Positions 32,394 to 42,315 of a DNA stretch of 64,000 bases are shown piece after piece; positions within the stretch are counted from its first letter, which is position 1; each line of letters begins with the position of its first letter. Both the position numbers and the translations under genes were made by a program. The stretch spans positions 256,001 to 320,000 of the forward strand of contig CAVTHO010000008.1 in the NCBI GenBank assembly GCA_963734545.1, read 5' to 3'. The notes beneath the pieces were generated by a model, which saw only the letters and a program-made list of their open reading frames with translations, was not told where the DNA came from and did no database searches. The stretch is from an uncultured Spirochaetota bacterium. GTDB taxonomy: Bacteria > Spirochaetota > Spirochaetia > SZUA-6 > Fen-1364.

Positions 32394-33704
32394 TCATTGT
32401 ACGTGTTGTCCTGCGGGATCCGGATACCGGAAAAGCAGACCCTGGTAGTTCCTCAGCACGAGGTCGTCCCCGTCCCTCCCGACGACGTACTCGGGCAGGA
32501 GCGGGATCTTTCCGCCTCCCGCGGGGGCGTCGATCACGTAGGACGGCACCGCGTAGCCCGACGTGTGTCCCCGCAGGCCCTGGATGATCTCCAGTCCTCT
32601 TCTGGACCGGGGTCCGGAAGTGGCGACGAGCCGACGATCGGGTCGCACTGGTACAGGTAGTAGGGCTTCACGCGGGCCTTCAGGAGGCCGTGCATGAGCC
32701 GTCGTCATGGTCTCCACGGTGTCGTTGATGCCCGCCAGGAGCACGGTCTGGCTTCCCAGGGGGATGCCCGCATCCGCAAGCCGCGCGCACGCTTCCACGG
32801 TCTCCGGGGTGAGCTCGTCCGGGTGAGTGAAGTGGATGCTCATCCACAGCGGGTGGATAGCGCTTCAGCACGCGGGTGAGCGAAGCGGTGATCCGCTGCG
32901 GCATGACGACCGGCACCTTGGTGCCGATGCGCAGGAACTCGACGTGCGGGATCCTCCGCAGCCGGGAAAGCAGCCAGTCCAGCTTCTCGTCCGAAAGGGT
33001 CAGCGGGTCCCCGCCGGAGAGGAGCACGTCCCGGACCTCGGTATGGGCGTCGATGTAGGCGATTGCCTGCTCCCACTGGGCCTGGAAGAAGATGCTGTTG
33101 CTGTCGGGGTTTTCCACCATGCGGGAGCGGGTGCAGTAGCGGCAGTTGGACGCGCAGGAGTTGGCCACGAGGAACAGCACCCTGTCCGGGTAGCGGTGCA
33201 CGATGCAGGGCACCGGGCTGTCCTTGTCCTCGCCCAGCGGGTCTTCCGCCTCTCCCGGCGTGCGCAGGTACTCGTCGGTGACCGGGATCATGGTCCGCCG
33301 CAGGGGCTGCTCGGCGTTTTCCGGGTCCAGCAGGCTGAGGTAGTACGGGAGTGATGGCGAAGGGCAGCGAGCCCGAGTGCCGCGCGATGGCCGTGCGCTC
33401 ATCCCCGGTGAGCCGCACGATCCGTCTCCAGCGCCTCCAGGGAGCGGACGCGGTTGCGCAGCTGCCAGCGCCAGTCGCACCATTCGGCCGCAGTGGCAAG
33501 CGGAAAGAAGCGCGCGCGAAACGCTTCCGACCCAGGGGAGACGGGGAACTTGGGGGTGAGGGGAGCTGCTCTCTTGATGGAGCGGGAATAGGACGTAAAC
33601 GGCGGGATCGTAGTCCGGATGCCGGCCAGTTCGGCAAAGTCCTGGACTACGGGCATTGTACCTGGAGGTTCTGCCTCCTCAGTGCTGAGCACTTTGGTTT
33701 CCAT
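32394..33704 (-). CDS. kamA: KamA-family radical SAM lysine 2,3-aminomutase; multiple indels
   Basis: HRYPDRVL, CASNCRYCTR, LLSGGDPL, YLYQCD, VIDAPAGGGK. Confidence 0.9.
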
Positions 33705-33891
33705 TCTCGTCGAAACTCCTTCATACTATCGAATGTCCGAAAGCAAGCTGTGCTTCTTTCGCCGGGGTTGTCGCGTCATGCTTTGCATGGTGTGCGAACG
33801 GCGGGTCCCCTCCCTTTCGAGCCTACATCGCAATGCATACTACAACGAAAAAACAAATGCAAGGGTTTTTTGGAAGTATCTTTGAATCACG

Positions 33892-35202
33892 ATGGAGAAA
33901 GAACTCTTTACACGGGCCCTTGCGCCGCCGGGAGCCGGCGGCCGCGCAGTGCTTGTCGGAGTCGAGCTCAAGGGCGCGCAATCGACCTGGACGCTCCAGG
34001 ATTCCCTGGCCGAGCTCGGGCGTCTCGCCACCACGGCGGGGCTCGAAGTGGCGGGCGCCACCTGGCAGAAGCTGACCCGGCCCCACCCGGGCACCTGGAT
34101 CGGCTCCGGGAAGGTGCAGGAGCTCAAAGAATTGCTCGCTGCCAATGACGCTCAATTCGTGCTTTTCGACGACGAGCTCTCCCCGGGACAGCAGAAGAAG
34201 CTTGAAATGGCGCTGGGTGACGGAGTCAGGATCATCGACCGGACAAGGCTCATCCTGGACATCTTCAGCCAGCACGCGCACACCCGGGAGGGCAAGCTCC
34301 AGGTGGAGCTGGCCCAGTACCAGTACCTGCTTCCCCGCCTGGCCGGCCTGAGGGCCGGGCTTTCGCAGCAGACGGGCGGCACGGGGGCGGGGCTCGTCGG
34401 CCTGAGGGGACCTGGGGAGACACAGCTCGAGCTCGACCGCAGGCAGGCGCGGCGGAGGATCGCCACCCTGCGCCGCGGCCTGGAGGAGATGCGAAGGCAG
34501 AGGCTGCGGCATCGGATGCGCAGGGAACGCTCCGGGCTGCCGGTAGCCGCCCTCGTGGGGTATACCAATGCGGGAAAAAGCTCGCTGCTCAATGCGCTTA
34601 CCGGTGCCGGAGTGCTCGTCCAGGACAAGCTTTTCGCCACCCTGGACCCTACCACCCGCAGGCTCAGGCTCCCCGGCGGCAGGGAAGCCCTGCTCACGGA
34701 CACCGTCGGCTTCATCAGGAAGCTGCCTCATGCGCTCGTGGCGGCTTTCCGCGCGACGCTGGAAGGCATCGAGGAGGCGTCCGTGATCCTGCACGTCGTG
34801 GACAGCACTCACCCGCACGCTTCCGAGCAGATCGCCGCGGTTCAGGCCGTGCTCGCCGGACTGAAGGTGGCCCAGACGCCCCTTCTTCTCGTCTGGAACA
34901 AGATCGACCTGCTTCCCGCGGACGCCCCGACCCCGGTCCTCGGGTCCTCCCACGCGCACGCCCTGGCGATCAGCGCGAAAACCGGGGCCGGCCTCGATGC
35001 CATGCTTGCCCGGGCTGAAGCGATTCTCGGAGAGAGCCTGGTTGCCCTGGAGGTCGTCATCCCCTACGGCCGCTACGAGCTGGTGCGGATGGTGTATGAA
35101 CAGGGAACCGTAGAATCCCGCGAAGACCTGCCCGAGGGTATTCGTCTCTGCGCATCGGTCCCCCTTGCCCTTTCCGATCGCCTCAGGGAGTTCGCGGGCT
35201 GA
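33892..35202 (+). CDS. hflX: Ribosome-splitting GTPase HflX
   Basis: GPGETQLELDRR, GYTNAGKS, LFATLDPT, DTVGF, NKID. Confidence 0.96.
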   Translation: MEKELFTRALAPPGAGGRAVLVGVELKGAQSTWTLQDSLAELGRLATTAGLEVAGATWQKLTRPHPGTWIGSGKVQELKELLAANDAQFVLFDDELSPGQQKKLEMALGDGVRIIDRTRLILDIFSQHAHTREGKLQVELAQYQYLLPRLAGLRAGLSQQTGGTGAGLVGLRGPGETQLELDRRQARRRIATLRRGLEEMRRQRLRHRMRRERSGLPVAALVGYTNAGKSSLLNALTGAGVLVQDKLFATLDPTTRRLRLPGGREALLTDTVGFIRKLPHALVAAFRATLEGIEEASVILHVVDSTHPHASEQIAAVQAVLAGLKVAQTPLLLVWNKIDLLPADAPTPVLGSSHAHALAISAKTGAGLDAMLARAEAILGESLVALEVVIPYGRYELVRMVYEQGTVESREDLPEGIRLCASVPLALSDRLREFAG

Positions 35203-35227
35203 GGGCCTGCGCGCCGGACGTACCGGC

Positions 35228-37990
35228 TCAGACCCGGGGATCGTGCGCCTTCCTTCGATACTCGGTGTACGTCGAATACGGTTCCCCGCCTGCGTTCTCC
35301 TTGCCGGGATCCACGAATACCACCGCGTTTCTCGTGCGTTTGGCCGCGTAGAGGGCCTTGTCCGCGCGTTCCACGGCTCTTGCCAGGTCGAGGATGCCCG
35401 TGACATCCGCGACCCCGATCGACAGGGTACCGCATGGCTGGGCCCGGCTGTCACCAATGCTTTTCACGTCCTCCATTGCCTCGCGGTTGCGGACGTTGCT
35501 CTCCTGGGCATGACGGAGCCGCTCCGCGAGGATGATGCCCGTGTGCAGGTTGGAGGGCACCACCACGAGGATTTCCTCGCCGCCGTAGCGGATCGGAAGG
35601 TCGCCTTCCCGGACACCGTCCAGGACCATGTCCGCGGTGGCCTTCAACACCTCGTCGCCGCGGGGATGGCCCAGCTCGTCGTTCACCCACTTGAAATGGT
35701 CGACGTCGATCAGGAGCAGGGTCAGGCTCTTGTGCTTGGCGCGGAGCTTCTCCAGCCGCCGGGGAAGGTCGATCAGGAAATAGTCCTTGTTTTTCAAACC
35801 CGTGAGCGCGTCGACGAACTGCCCCGGGAACTCTTCGCGCAGGGTTTCCTGGAGCAGCTGGTAGGAATCCCGTCCACGGGCGTCCCGCTCCCGGGTCCAC
35901 ACGTCACGGTCTTCCGCCGTGGCGGCGGTCACGCCGTGGCCCGTCTGGGCGGCAAAGCTTCTCGGATCGTTCAACAGGTACTCGTAGATCTCCGCGACTC
36001 CTCGGAAGACGTCCATGAAAGCCACCGGGGCCTTGTGCGGGATGTCGCGTACGGACTCCCGAAATCGCGCCTCGATCCAGCGCTTGATCTGCCGGGCGAT
36101 GGGGCGATACTCGGCGGATCCGGTCTGCGACTTCAGGGCAAAATCGACGATCGGGTATGCCGCAAGATCCTCCACCGTCCTCCGCCGCACAGGGTCTTCA
36201 GCGGAGAGCGTGGCCTGGTTGACGATCGTGCCGGCCTCGAAGAGGCGCAGGCTGAGCTGGGCGGCGAGCTCGAACGGCTTTGGTCCGTCATAGTGCTCCC
36301 GCTCGGTGATGATGTGCCCGAAGTTCCGGATGGCCCGGTTGCGCAGCTGGTTTATCCTCTCCTCGATGCTGCGCGCCCTCTGGCTCTCCCTGAAGAGCTT
36401 TGCGAAACGCGGGTCCCCTTCGGTTTCCCGCGCGTACTCGCGGATCTCCTCCAGGTACGGCTCGAAGAATCGCAGGTACGCCTCGTGCCAGGAATCGCGC
36501 AAGGCGATGAACGCCGCGGCAACACCCTCTTTTCCGACGATCTTTTCCAGGGCATACGGCTCCAGGGACCCGAGAAGGTCGTCGAGGATCGAATGCAGCA
36601 CAATGAGAAGAGCCACCACGTCCGTGGAGGACAGCTTTTCCAGGTCCGCCAGGCGTGACTGGAAAGCCGCCGAACGATTGAATACCCTGTTGGCGAAATA
36701 GGGCAGGATGAAAGCTCCCTGCTCCATGCGTTCGATGCCGGATTCGGGGAACAGGGACTCCAGGGTGGCGAGAGTCCCCTCGAACCGCACGCCGAACTGC
36801 TCCGCCTTCTCCTGCTCCAGGCGCGCCAGCTCTTTCTCCTGGCGCTCCTTCAGGGCCTTCTCCCGCGCTTCGCGCATCCTTTTCTGCCAGCCCTCCCAGG
36901 TGAGGATTTCCTCCTCCTTGAGCCCGAGGAACTGCAGGACGGCCAGGCGCTTCCCCGGGCTCGTGTCCTCCTCCGGGTAGAAAGCGGCGATCATCTTGAG
37001 CAGGGCCGGATAGAGCTCGTGGCCGAACCGGTGGAGGTTCTGGAGTGCGGCCCGGAACAGGCTCTCCGCCTCGGCGAACTCCGAGGCGGCGCGCGCGCCC
37101 GGGGCCAGGGAGAGGTTGACCTCCCGCATGACCTCGAAGAGCATCTCCAGCTTGTCGCGTTCCAGTGCCTCCGTGATTGCGACGAGCCGGCACCCGTCCT
37201 TCACCACGCGCGCCAGCTCTGCAATCCGCACGCGTATACCGGCCCGCAGGTTGGAGCCGAGAAATTCGAGACTCTTGCGGAGCATGTCGCGGCGCTCTGT
37301 GAACACGGCAAAGAAGACGAGGACGAATGGCTCGCGCGCGCGCAGCGATTTCAGCGTCTCCTCAGCGCGCTCCGCCGCTTTCTCCTTGTCCTGAGCCTTT
37401 GTGCCGGAAGGCCCGGCGCCGAGGAGGATCCGCGCGCTGTCCCGCAGGGCATTCAGCGTGTCGATGAATGAAAGCTGGAAAGGATTCTGGTCGTGATACC
37501 CCCTCTCCGCGGCGATGAGGCGCAGCAGGGCCCTGCTGGCATAGTCCGCCCGCGTGGCGTCGAAGAGGCTCATGAAGTCATCGAAGCGTTCCGGAAGACG
37601 GGTGATGAGAAATCCGCGGCTGTACGCGTAGCGGTTGATCCGCCTGCGCAGCCAGGGGGGCACGAGGGGCAGCCAGTCCACTGCCCGCCTGTTCAGATCC
37701 TCGAGGGCAGCGGCCTGCGCAGCCTGCTGGGCATCCGGCCGGCCGTCGGCCGGTGCCGGGCGCGCGCTCGCGGGCTCGGGTGGGAGCGGGGTACCCTGGC
37801 GTCTCTCTTCGAGCTCATTCTGAGTCTTCGCCTTCTGCAAGGCGGCGCGGGATCTCCGCTGCGCCTCCTCCTCGCCGTAGCCCCTGCCGCGAAGGGTCTT
37901 ATAGACCTTCTTTATCTCTTCCTTGGGCACGCCCCGGCGAAGGAGATCTTCCTTGAAATCCGCTTCTTCTTTCTTACCGGGGGCCGCCAT
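35228..37990 (-). CDS. Diguanylate cyclase with a large uncharacterised helical N-terminus
   Basis: DALTGL, DVDHFKWVND..GH..GD, RxxD I-site (REGD), GGEEI, ADKALYAAK. Confidence 0.88.
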   Translation of the reverse strand: MAAPGKKEEADFKEDLLRRGVPKEEIKKVYKTLRGRGYGEEEAQRRSRAALQKAKTQNELEERRQGTPLPPEPASARPAPADGRPDAQQAAQAAALEDLNRRAVDWLPLVPPWLRRRINRYAYSRGFLITRLPERFDDFMSLFDATRADYASRALLRLIAAERGYHDQNPFQLSFIDTLNALRDSARILLGAGPSGTKAQDKEKAAERAEETLKSLRAREPFVLVFFAVFTERRDMLRKSLEFLGSNLRAGIRVRIAELARVVKDGCRLVAITEALERDKLEMLFEVMREVNLSLAPGARAASEFAEAESLFRAALQNLHRFGHELYPALLKMIAAFYPEEDTSPGKRLAVLQFLGLKEEEILTWEGWQKRMREAREKALKERQEKELARLEQEKAEQFGVRFEGTLATLESLFPESGIERMEQGAFILPYFANRVFNRSAAFQSRLADLEKLSSTDVVALLIVLHSILDDLLGSLEPYALEKIVGKEGVAAAFIALRDSWHEAYLRFFEPYLEEIREYARETEGDPRFAKLFRESQRARSIEERINQLRNRAIRNFGHIITEREHYDGPKPFELAAQLSLRLFEAGTIVNQATLSAEDPVRRRTVEDLAAYPIVDFALKSQTGSAEYRPIARQIKRWIEARFRESVRDIPHKAPVAFMDVFRGVAEIYEYLLNDPRSFAAQTGHGVTAATAEDRDVWTRERDARGRDSYQLLQETLREEFPGQFVDALTGLKNKDYFLIDLPRRLEKLRAKHKSLTLLLIDVDHFKWVNDELGHPRGDEVLKATADMVLDGVREGDLPIRYGGEEILVVVPSNLHTGIILAERLRHAQESNVRNREAMEDVKSIGDSRAQPCGTLSIGVADVTGILDLARAVERADKALYAAKRTRNAVVFVDPGKENAGGEPYSTYTEYRRKAHDPRV

Positions 37991-38077
37991 ACGCCGCTCT
38001 TTCTCCTTGTCTCAGAAGAGTCTCATTCCCAATGTACCATCCCGGCAGGGAAGCGCACCGCATTTCCCTGGCGGGCT

Positions 38078-38806
38078 TCACTGCAATCGCCAGAACAGGG
38101 GCCTCGGATTTTCCTGCTCCACGCACACTGCTCCCGCATGACCGGGGGACGGAAGCAGGTCACGCATCCACCAGTCCCGGGCCGGGCCGGAAGGCGTGTC
38201 GGCCAGCACGACTCTGAATCCCGAGTCGGCATGGCCGCAGGGGGGAAGCGCAAAGCGCGCGAAGCAATCGAAAAGCCCGATGCCCAGCGCTTTCGCGGCC
38301 GCCTCCCGGCGAGTCCAGAGAAGGAAAAATGCGCGGGTCCGCTCCTCTCCTTCGTGCGATCGCAGCCAGGCTGATTCCTGCTCGCTGAAGAATCCGTTCA
38401 GGATCGCTTCCCTCTCCGGTACCTCTCTCACCCGTTCGACGTCGATGCCGACCCGGAGGCCCCGGGAGACGGCGATGAGTGCCAGATCTCCCGCATGGGA
38501 AATGTTGAATTGAATGGAAGGGTCCGCGCAATCGAGGGCGGGTTTCCCGGAATTCCCTGCCGTGAAGGAAAGTGAGCGCGGTTCCTCGAGAAGGTACTTT
38601 GCCAGGACGACGCGCAGCGAGGCGCGGGCGGCGGCACATCGTGCGCGGTCCGCCGGACGTACGAACCGACCGCACTGGTCCCTTTCCTCCGCGGAGAGAG
38701 CGCCCTCCAGGCGCTCACGCTCCTCCGCCGGCAGGGCGAGGGAGGCACGCCAGATGTGCAGGCTCCCCTGTTCCAGGAGAAGCTGCCGTGGAGGGTGAGC
38801 CCACAT
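38078..38806 (-). CDS. Sfp-type 4'-phosphopantetheinyl transferase
   Basis: GKP, FNISHAG, VGIDVE, WTRREAAAKALGIGL. Confidence 0.92.
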   Translation of the reverse strand: MWAHPPRQLLLEQGSLHIWRASLALPAEERERLEGALSAEERDQCGRFVRPADRARCAAARASLRVVLAKYLLEEPRSLSFTAGNSGKPALDCADPSIQFNISHAGDLALIAVSRGLRVGIDVERVREVPEREAILNGFFSEQESAWLRSHEGEERTRAFFLLWTRREAAAKALGIGLFDCFARFALPPCGHADSGFRVVLADTPSGPARDWWMRDLLPSPGHAGAVCVEQENPRPLFWRLQ

Positions 38807-38879
38807 GGGGAAGGATGATACGGGTCCCTGCGCGCCTTGACAACAACCCCCTGTTTCGGTTTATAGATGCATGCATACC

Positions 38880-40127
38880 ATGAGAAATCCCACAGATGTC
38901 AGGGTCGTCATTACCGGCATGGGCACGATCAACCCGATTGGAAGCAGCGTGCCCCAGTTCTGGGAAAACCTCATCAAGGGCACCTCGGGAGTTCGGCGTA
39001 TCTCGAGCTTCCCGATCAACAACTATTCCGTCCAGATTGCCGGGGAAGTCGATCTGCCGGACCTTGCGCCGTATTTCAAGAACCGGAAGATGACAAGAAG
39101 GCTCGACCGGTTCGTCGTCCTGGCGCACATCGCCGGTGCCCAGGCCATGCGGGATTCGGGCCTGGACGTGGAAAAGGCTCCGCACCGGTACGGCGTGATC
39201 ATCGGAACCGGTGAAGGCGGCGCCGCAACACGCTATATCAACACGAAAAAAATCGTCGAGGATGGGATGCAGGCAGCGTCCCCGTTCTTCGCCATGTGCA
39301 TTCCCAGCACCGCATCGGGATTTTTCGCCATGGAGTGGAACCTCCAGGGCCCGTGTTTCTCCGTGAACTCGGCGTGTGCCACCGGAAATCATGCCATGGG
39401 AGTTTCGGCCTCGCTCATCAGGATGGGAATGGCTGACGCAATCTTTACCGGCGGGGCCGAAGCGGTGATCAACCCCACCGGGCTCGCCGCATTCGGAAAC
39501 ATCATGGCTCTTTCCGAGCGCAACGACTCTCCGGAAACCGCCTCACGTCCATTTGACAAGGACAGGGACGGGTTCGTGTTGAGCGAGGGAGCAGGCGTTC
39601 TCTGCCTGGAAGAGCTGGAGCACGCGAAACGCAGGGGTGCCACGATCTACGCCGAGCTCACCGGGTACGGATTCACCGGAGATGCCTACGATCTAGTGGC
39701 GCCGCACCCCACCTCGCGCGGCTCTGCCCGGGCCATGCAGGACGCGCTGGACAACGCGCACCTGAACCCTGACCAGGTGGACCTGATCAACTGTCACGCC
39801 GCCTCCACCTCGCTGGGGGACCTTGCGGAGAGCAAAGCGATCAGCGCGGTCTTCAAGGATCTCGCTTCGAAAGTTCCGTCCCACAGCACCAAATCCATGA
39901 CCGGCCATCCCCTTGGCGCGGCAAGCGCACTGGAAGCCATCGCCGTTATTCTGGCCATACAGAAGGGCGTGATACATCCGACCATCAATCAGTTCGAGCA
40001 GGACCCGCGGATCGCGCTCAACGTGGTGCGAAAGCCCCTGGAGGCAAAGGTCAATCACGTGGTTTCAAACGGTTTCGGGTTCGGCGGTCAGAACGCGGCG
40101 ATAACGCTCTCGCGCTACACGGGTTGA
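38880..40127 (+). CDS. fabF: Beta-ketoacyl-ACP synthase II
   Basis: VVITGMG, SACATG (Cys), NCHAAST and KSMTGH (His-His), SRPFDKDRDGF, NGFGFGG. Confidence 0.9.
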   Translation: MRNPTDVRVVITGMGTINPIGSSVPQFWENLIKGTSGVRRISSFPINNYSVQIAGEVDLPDLAPYFKNRKMTRRLDRFVVLAHIAGAQAMRDSGLDVEKAPHRYGVIIGTGEGGAATRYINTKKIVEDGMQAASPFFAMCIPSTASGFFAMEWNLQGPCFSVNSACATGNHAMGVSASLIRMGMADAIFTGGAEAVINPTGLAAFGNIMALSERNDSPETASRPFDKDRDGFVLSEGAGVLCLEELEHAKRRGATIYAELTGYGFTGDAYDLVAPHPTSRGSARAMQDALDNAHLNPDQVDLINCHAASTSLGDLAESKAISAVFKDLASKVPSHSTKSMTGHPLGAASALEAIAVILAIQKGVIHPTINQFEQDPRIALNVVRKPLEAKVNHVVSNGFGFGGQNAAITLSRYTG

Positions 40128-40160
40128 CACCGAAATCGAGGCACGGATCCCGCCGTAGAC

Positions 40161-40199
40161 TACGACTTTAGTCCCAGATCGAACCGCGACCATAAGACT
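40161..40199 (+). promoter_or_regulatory. Putative NarL/LiaR-type response-regulator sites
   Basis: TACGACTTTAGTC (GACT-N2-AGTC palindrome) with a degenerate copy GCGACCATAAGACT about 24 bp downstream. Confidence 0.4.
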
Positions 40200-40282
40200 T
40201 CCTCAAACCATTCCTCCGACCGACGCGCCCGCGGCGCCTGACGTGCAATGCTTGATCATGTGCAAGTCACAGGAGGAAAGAA

Positions 40283-40453
40283 ATGAACAGGACACAATCG
40301 GAAAAGCAGGCTCGACGGGAAAGCAGGACAAACCGCGGCGCGCAGCGTGAGCAGGCCAGATCAGGGCGCTCTGCCCGGGAATCTCTCAAAGCTGCCGCTG
40401 ACCGGCAGATCGCCGAGATCGAGCGGACATTCACGTCCCGCTATGAATGGTAA
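40283..40453 (+). CDS. 56-aa basic small protein (absent from the ORF track)
   Basis: AGGAGG RBS; MNRTQSEKQARRESRTNRGAQREQARSGRSARESLKAAADRQIAEIERTFTSRYEW*. Confidence 0.55.
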   Translation: MNRTQSEKQARRESRTNRGAQREQARSGRSARESLKAAADRQIAEIERTFTSRYEW

Positions 40454-40463
40454 GGGACCCGAA

Positions 40464-41612
40464 ATGAATGCGATCAGCATCCCTTCGTCATCAGCGGGCA
40501 TGAAACCCATGGCATCCCTGGTGCCCGCGAATCGAATCGTCTATCTGGACGTGCTGAAGGTCGTGCTCACGATCCTGGTGATCGCGCACCACGTGGGACA
40601 GGCCTATGGCCCAACCGGCGGATACTGGCCCGTGCAGGAAACAGCGCGGGCCGCCTTCCTGGGCCCCTTTTTCACCGTGAACCGCTCATTTTTCATGAGC
40701 CTGTTTTTCATGATTTCGGGGTATTTCATGGTCGGCGCGTACCAACGCAACGGGTTTGCCGCTTTCATCCGCAGCCGATTCGTGCGGCTGGGCGTGCCGG
40801 TACTCGCCTTTGCGGCACTCATGCTTCCCGCGCGGATTTTCATCTTTGGCGAGCACATTGCGCGCTGGGATGACTACATAAACGCAGGGCACCTCTGGTA
40901 CCTCGAGCACGTGCTGCTCTTCAGCGTGGTCTATGCGCTCTGGCAGAGGATTCGTGAGTCGTCGCAGCGGAACGCGCCGCAGCGCGGCCGGATATCGAAG
41001 CGCGCGGCGCCCCGCCTGCTGCCGACCTGTGCGGCCCTCCTTCTGGTGGCCGTGGCGTGCGGGGCGGTGCGGATCTGGTCTCCCATCGATCGATGGCTGA
41101 ACCTGCTGGGCTTCCTTCGCGTCGCCTTTGCCGACGTGCCCCGGGACCTTGCATTCTTCATCTTCGGTGCAATGGCCTTCAGGCACGGCTGGTTTGAAAG
41201 CTTCCCCACGCGGAGAGGCATGATCTGGCTTGCCGTTGGCGTCGTGTCGGCACTTGCCTGGTATGCATGGTCCCTGCTCCCGCACACCGGCCTCACCCTC
41301 AGCGGCATGGGCTTCGGGATCGTCTACCCGATCTGGGAGGAGCTGGTCTGCTTCGGGATGTGCATCGGGCTGCTGGTGCTGTTCCGGCAGGCGGTCTCCG
41401 GCCAGGGGCCGTTCGGCAGGCTGCTAGCCGCAAACCAGTACTCGGCGTACTTCTGGCACCCCCTGCTGATCGTCGGGATCCAGATGGGCTTCCTTGCCCT
41501 GTCCCTCGGCCCGTTCGTCAAGTTCGTCGCCGTCACGGCGCTGGGCGTGCCCGTTGTCTTCTTCTGGAGCTGGCTGGTACGAAGAATCCCGGCCGTGCGC
41601 TCGGTGCTGTAG
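40464..41612 (+). CDS. Acyltransferase family 3 (OpgC/MdoC-like) membrane protein
   Basis: RIVYLDVLK..LVIAHH, FFMSLFFMISGYF, RFVRL, GHLWYL, YSAYFWH. Confidence 0.88.
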   Translation: MNAISIPSSSAGMKPMASLVPANRIVYLDVLKVVLTILVIAHHVGQAYGPTGGYWPVQETARAAFLGPFFTVNRSFFMSLFFMISGYFMVGAYQRNGFAAFIRSRFVRLGVPVLAFAALMLPARIFIFGEHIARWDDYINAGHLWYLEHVLLFSVVYALWQRIRESSQRNAPQRGRISKRAAPRLLPTCAALLLVAVACGAVRIWSPIDRWLNLLGFLRVAFADVPRDLAFFIFGAMAFRHGWFESFPTRRGMIWLAVGVVSALAWYAWSLLPHTGLTLSGMGFGIVYPIWEELVCFGMCIGLLVLFRQAVSGQGPFGRLLAANQYSAYFWHPLLIVGIQMGFLALSLGPFVKFVAVTALGVPVVFFWSWLVRRIPAVRSVL

Positions 41613-41621
41613 ATCTCCCCC

Positions 41622-41649
41622 AGGTCGCCTGTGATTTCACGGGCGACCT
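41622..41649. terminator. Hairpin between convergent genes
   Basis: AGGTCGCCTGTG-ATTT-CACGGGCGACCT, 12-bp stem with one G-U pair, 10 bp after the stop. Confidence 0.55.
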
Positions 41650-41792
41650 TCGCGGGATTTTCCCGACCACCCCGCCGAACCTCACGAAAATGCGGAATTC
41701 AGAAATGCGCCTTCTAAAATCGCCGAAAACATGAGGGTCACGGCCCGCCTCGGCGTTTTTTGCAGGGAATCGGGGACGAGTCCGGCGGACCT

Positions 41793-42314
41793 CTAAGGGA
41801 AGCAGACTTCGCCGATGGCGGTGCAGGCAACCTTGCCGTCCGCGATGACCTGTCCGATCATCGTGGCAAAGTACTCGTCGTACTCCAGCTTCCTGGCAAG
41901 CAGAACGACCTCGCGGCCGGGCAGGACGGGCGCCAGGTAGTACGCGCCCACGATTCGGGTGGCCCGCACATTCATCGGCTGATTCTGAGCCGGGACCGCC
42001 GTGCTGCGGCTGCCCAGGAAATAGTGCAGGCAGAGGCCGAGCTGGCCGATCATCTCCACCTCCAGGCAGCCCGGATATACAGGATAGTCGGGAAAGTGAC
42101 CGGCAAATATCGGATCGTCGGAAGAGATGAAACGCGACCCTGCGATCGCCTCTTCATCGAAGCTGACCCCCGTCAATCGATCCACGAGCAGGAACGGCTC
42201 CCGATGCGGGAGGATGCGCTTGATGTCGTCCCTTCCCCATGCAAGGGACGTGAGACGGTCTATCGGAATGAGCGGCTTCTTTCGATTCTCCCGGAGAAGA
42301 GCGTCGTGGTCCAC
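41793..42314 (-). CDS. FabZ/FabA-like 3-hydroxyacyl-ACP dehydratase
   Basis: LPHREPFLLVD and GHFPDYPVYPGCLEVEMIGQ (His/Glu dyad). Confidence 0.88.
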   Translation of the reverse strand: MDHDALLRENRKKPLIPIDRLTSLAWGRDDIKRILPHREPFLLVDRLTGVSFDEEAIAGSRFISSDDPIFAGHFPDYPVYPGCLEVEMIGQLGLCLHYFLGSRSTAVPAQNQPMNVRATRIVGAYYLAPVLPGREVVLLARKLEYDEYFATMIGQVIADGKVACTAIGEVCFP

Positions 42315-42315
42315 T

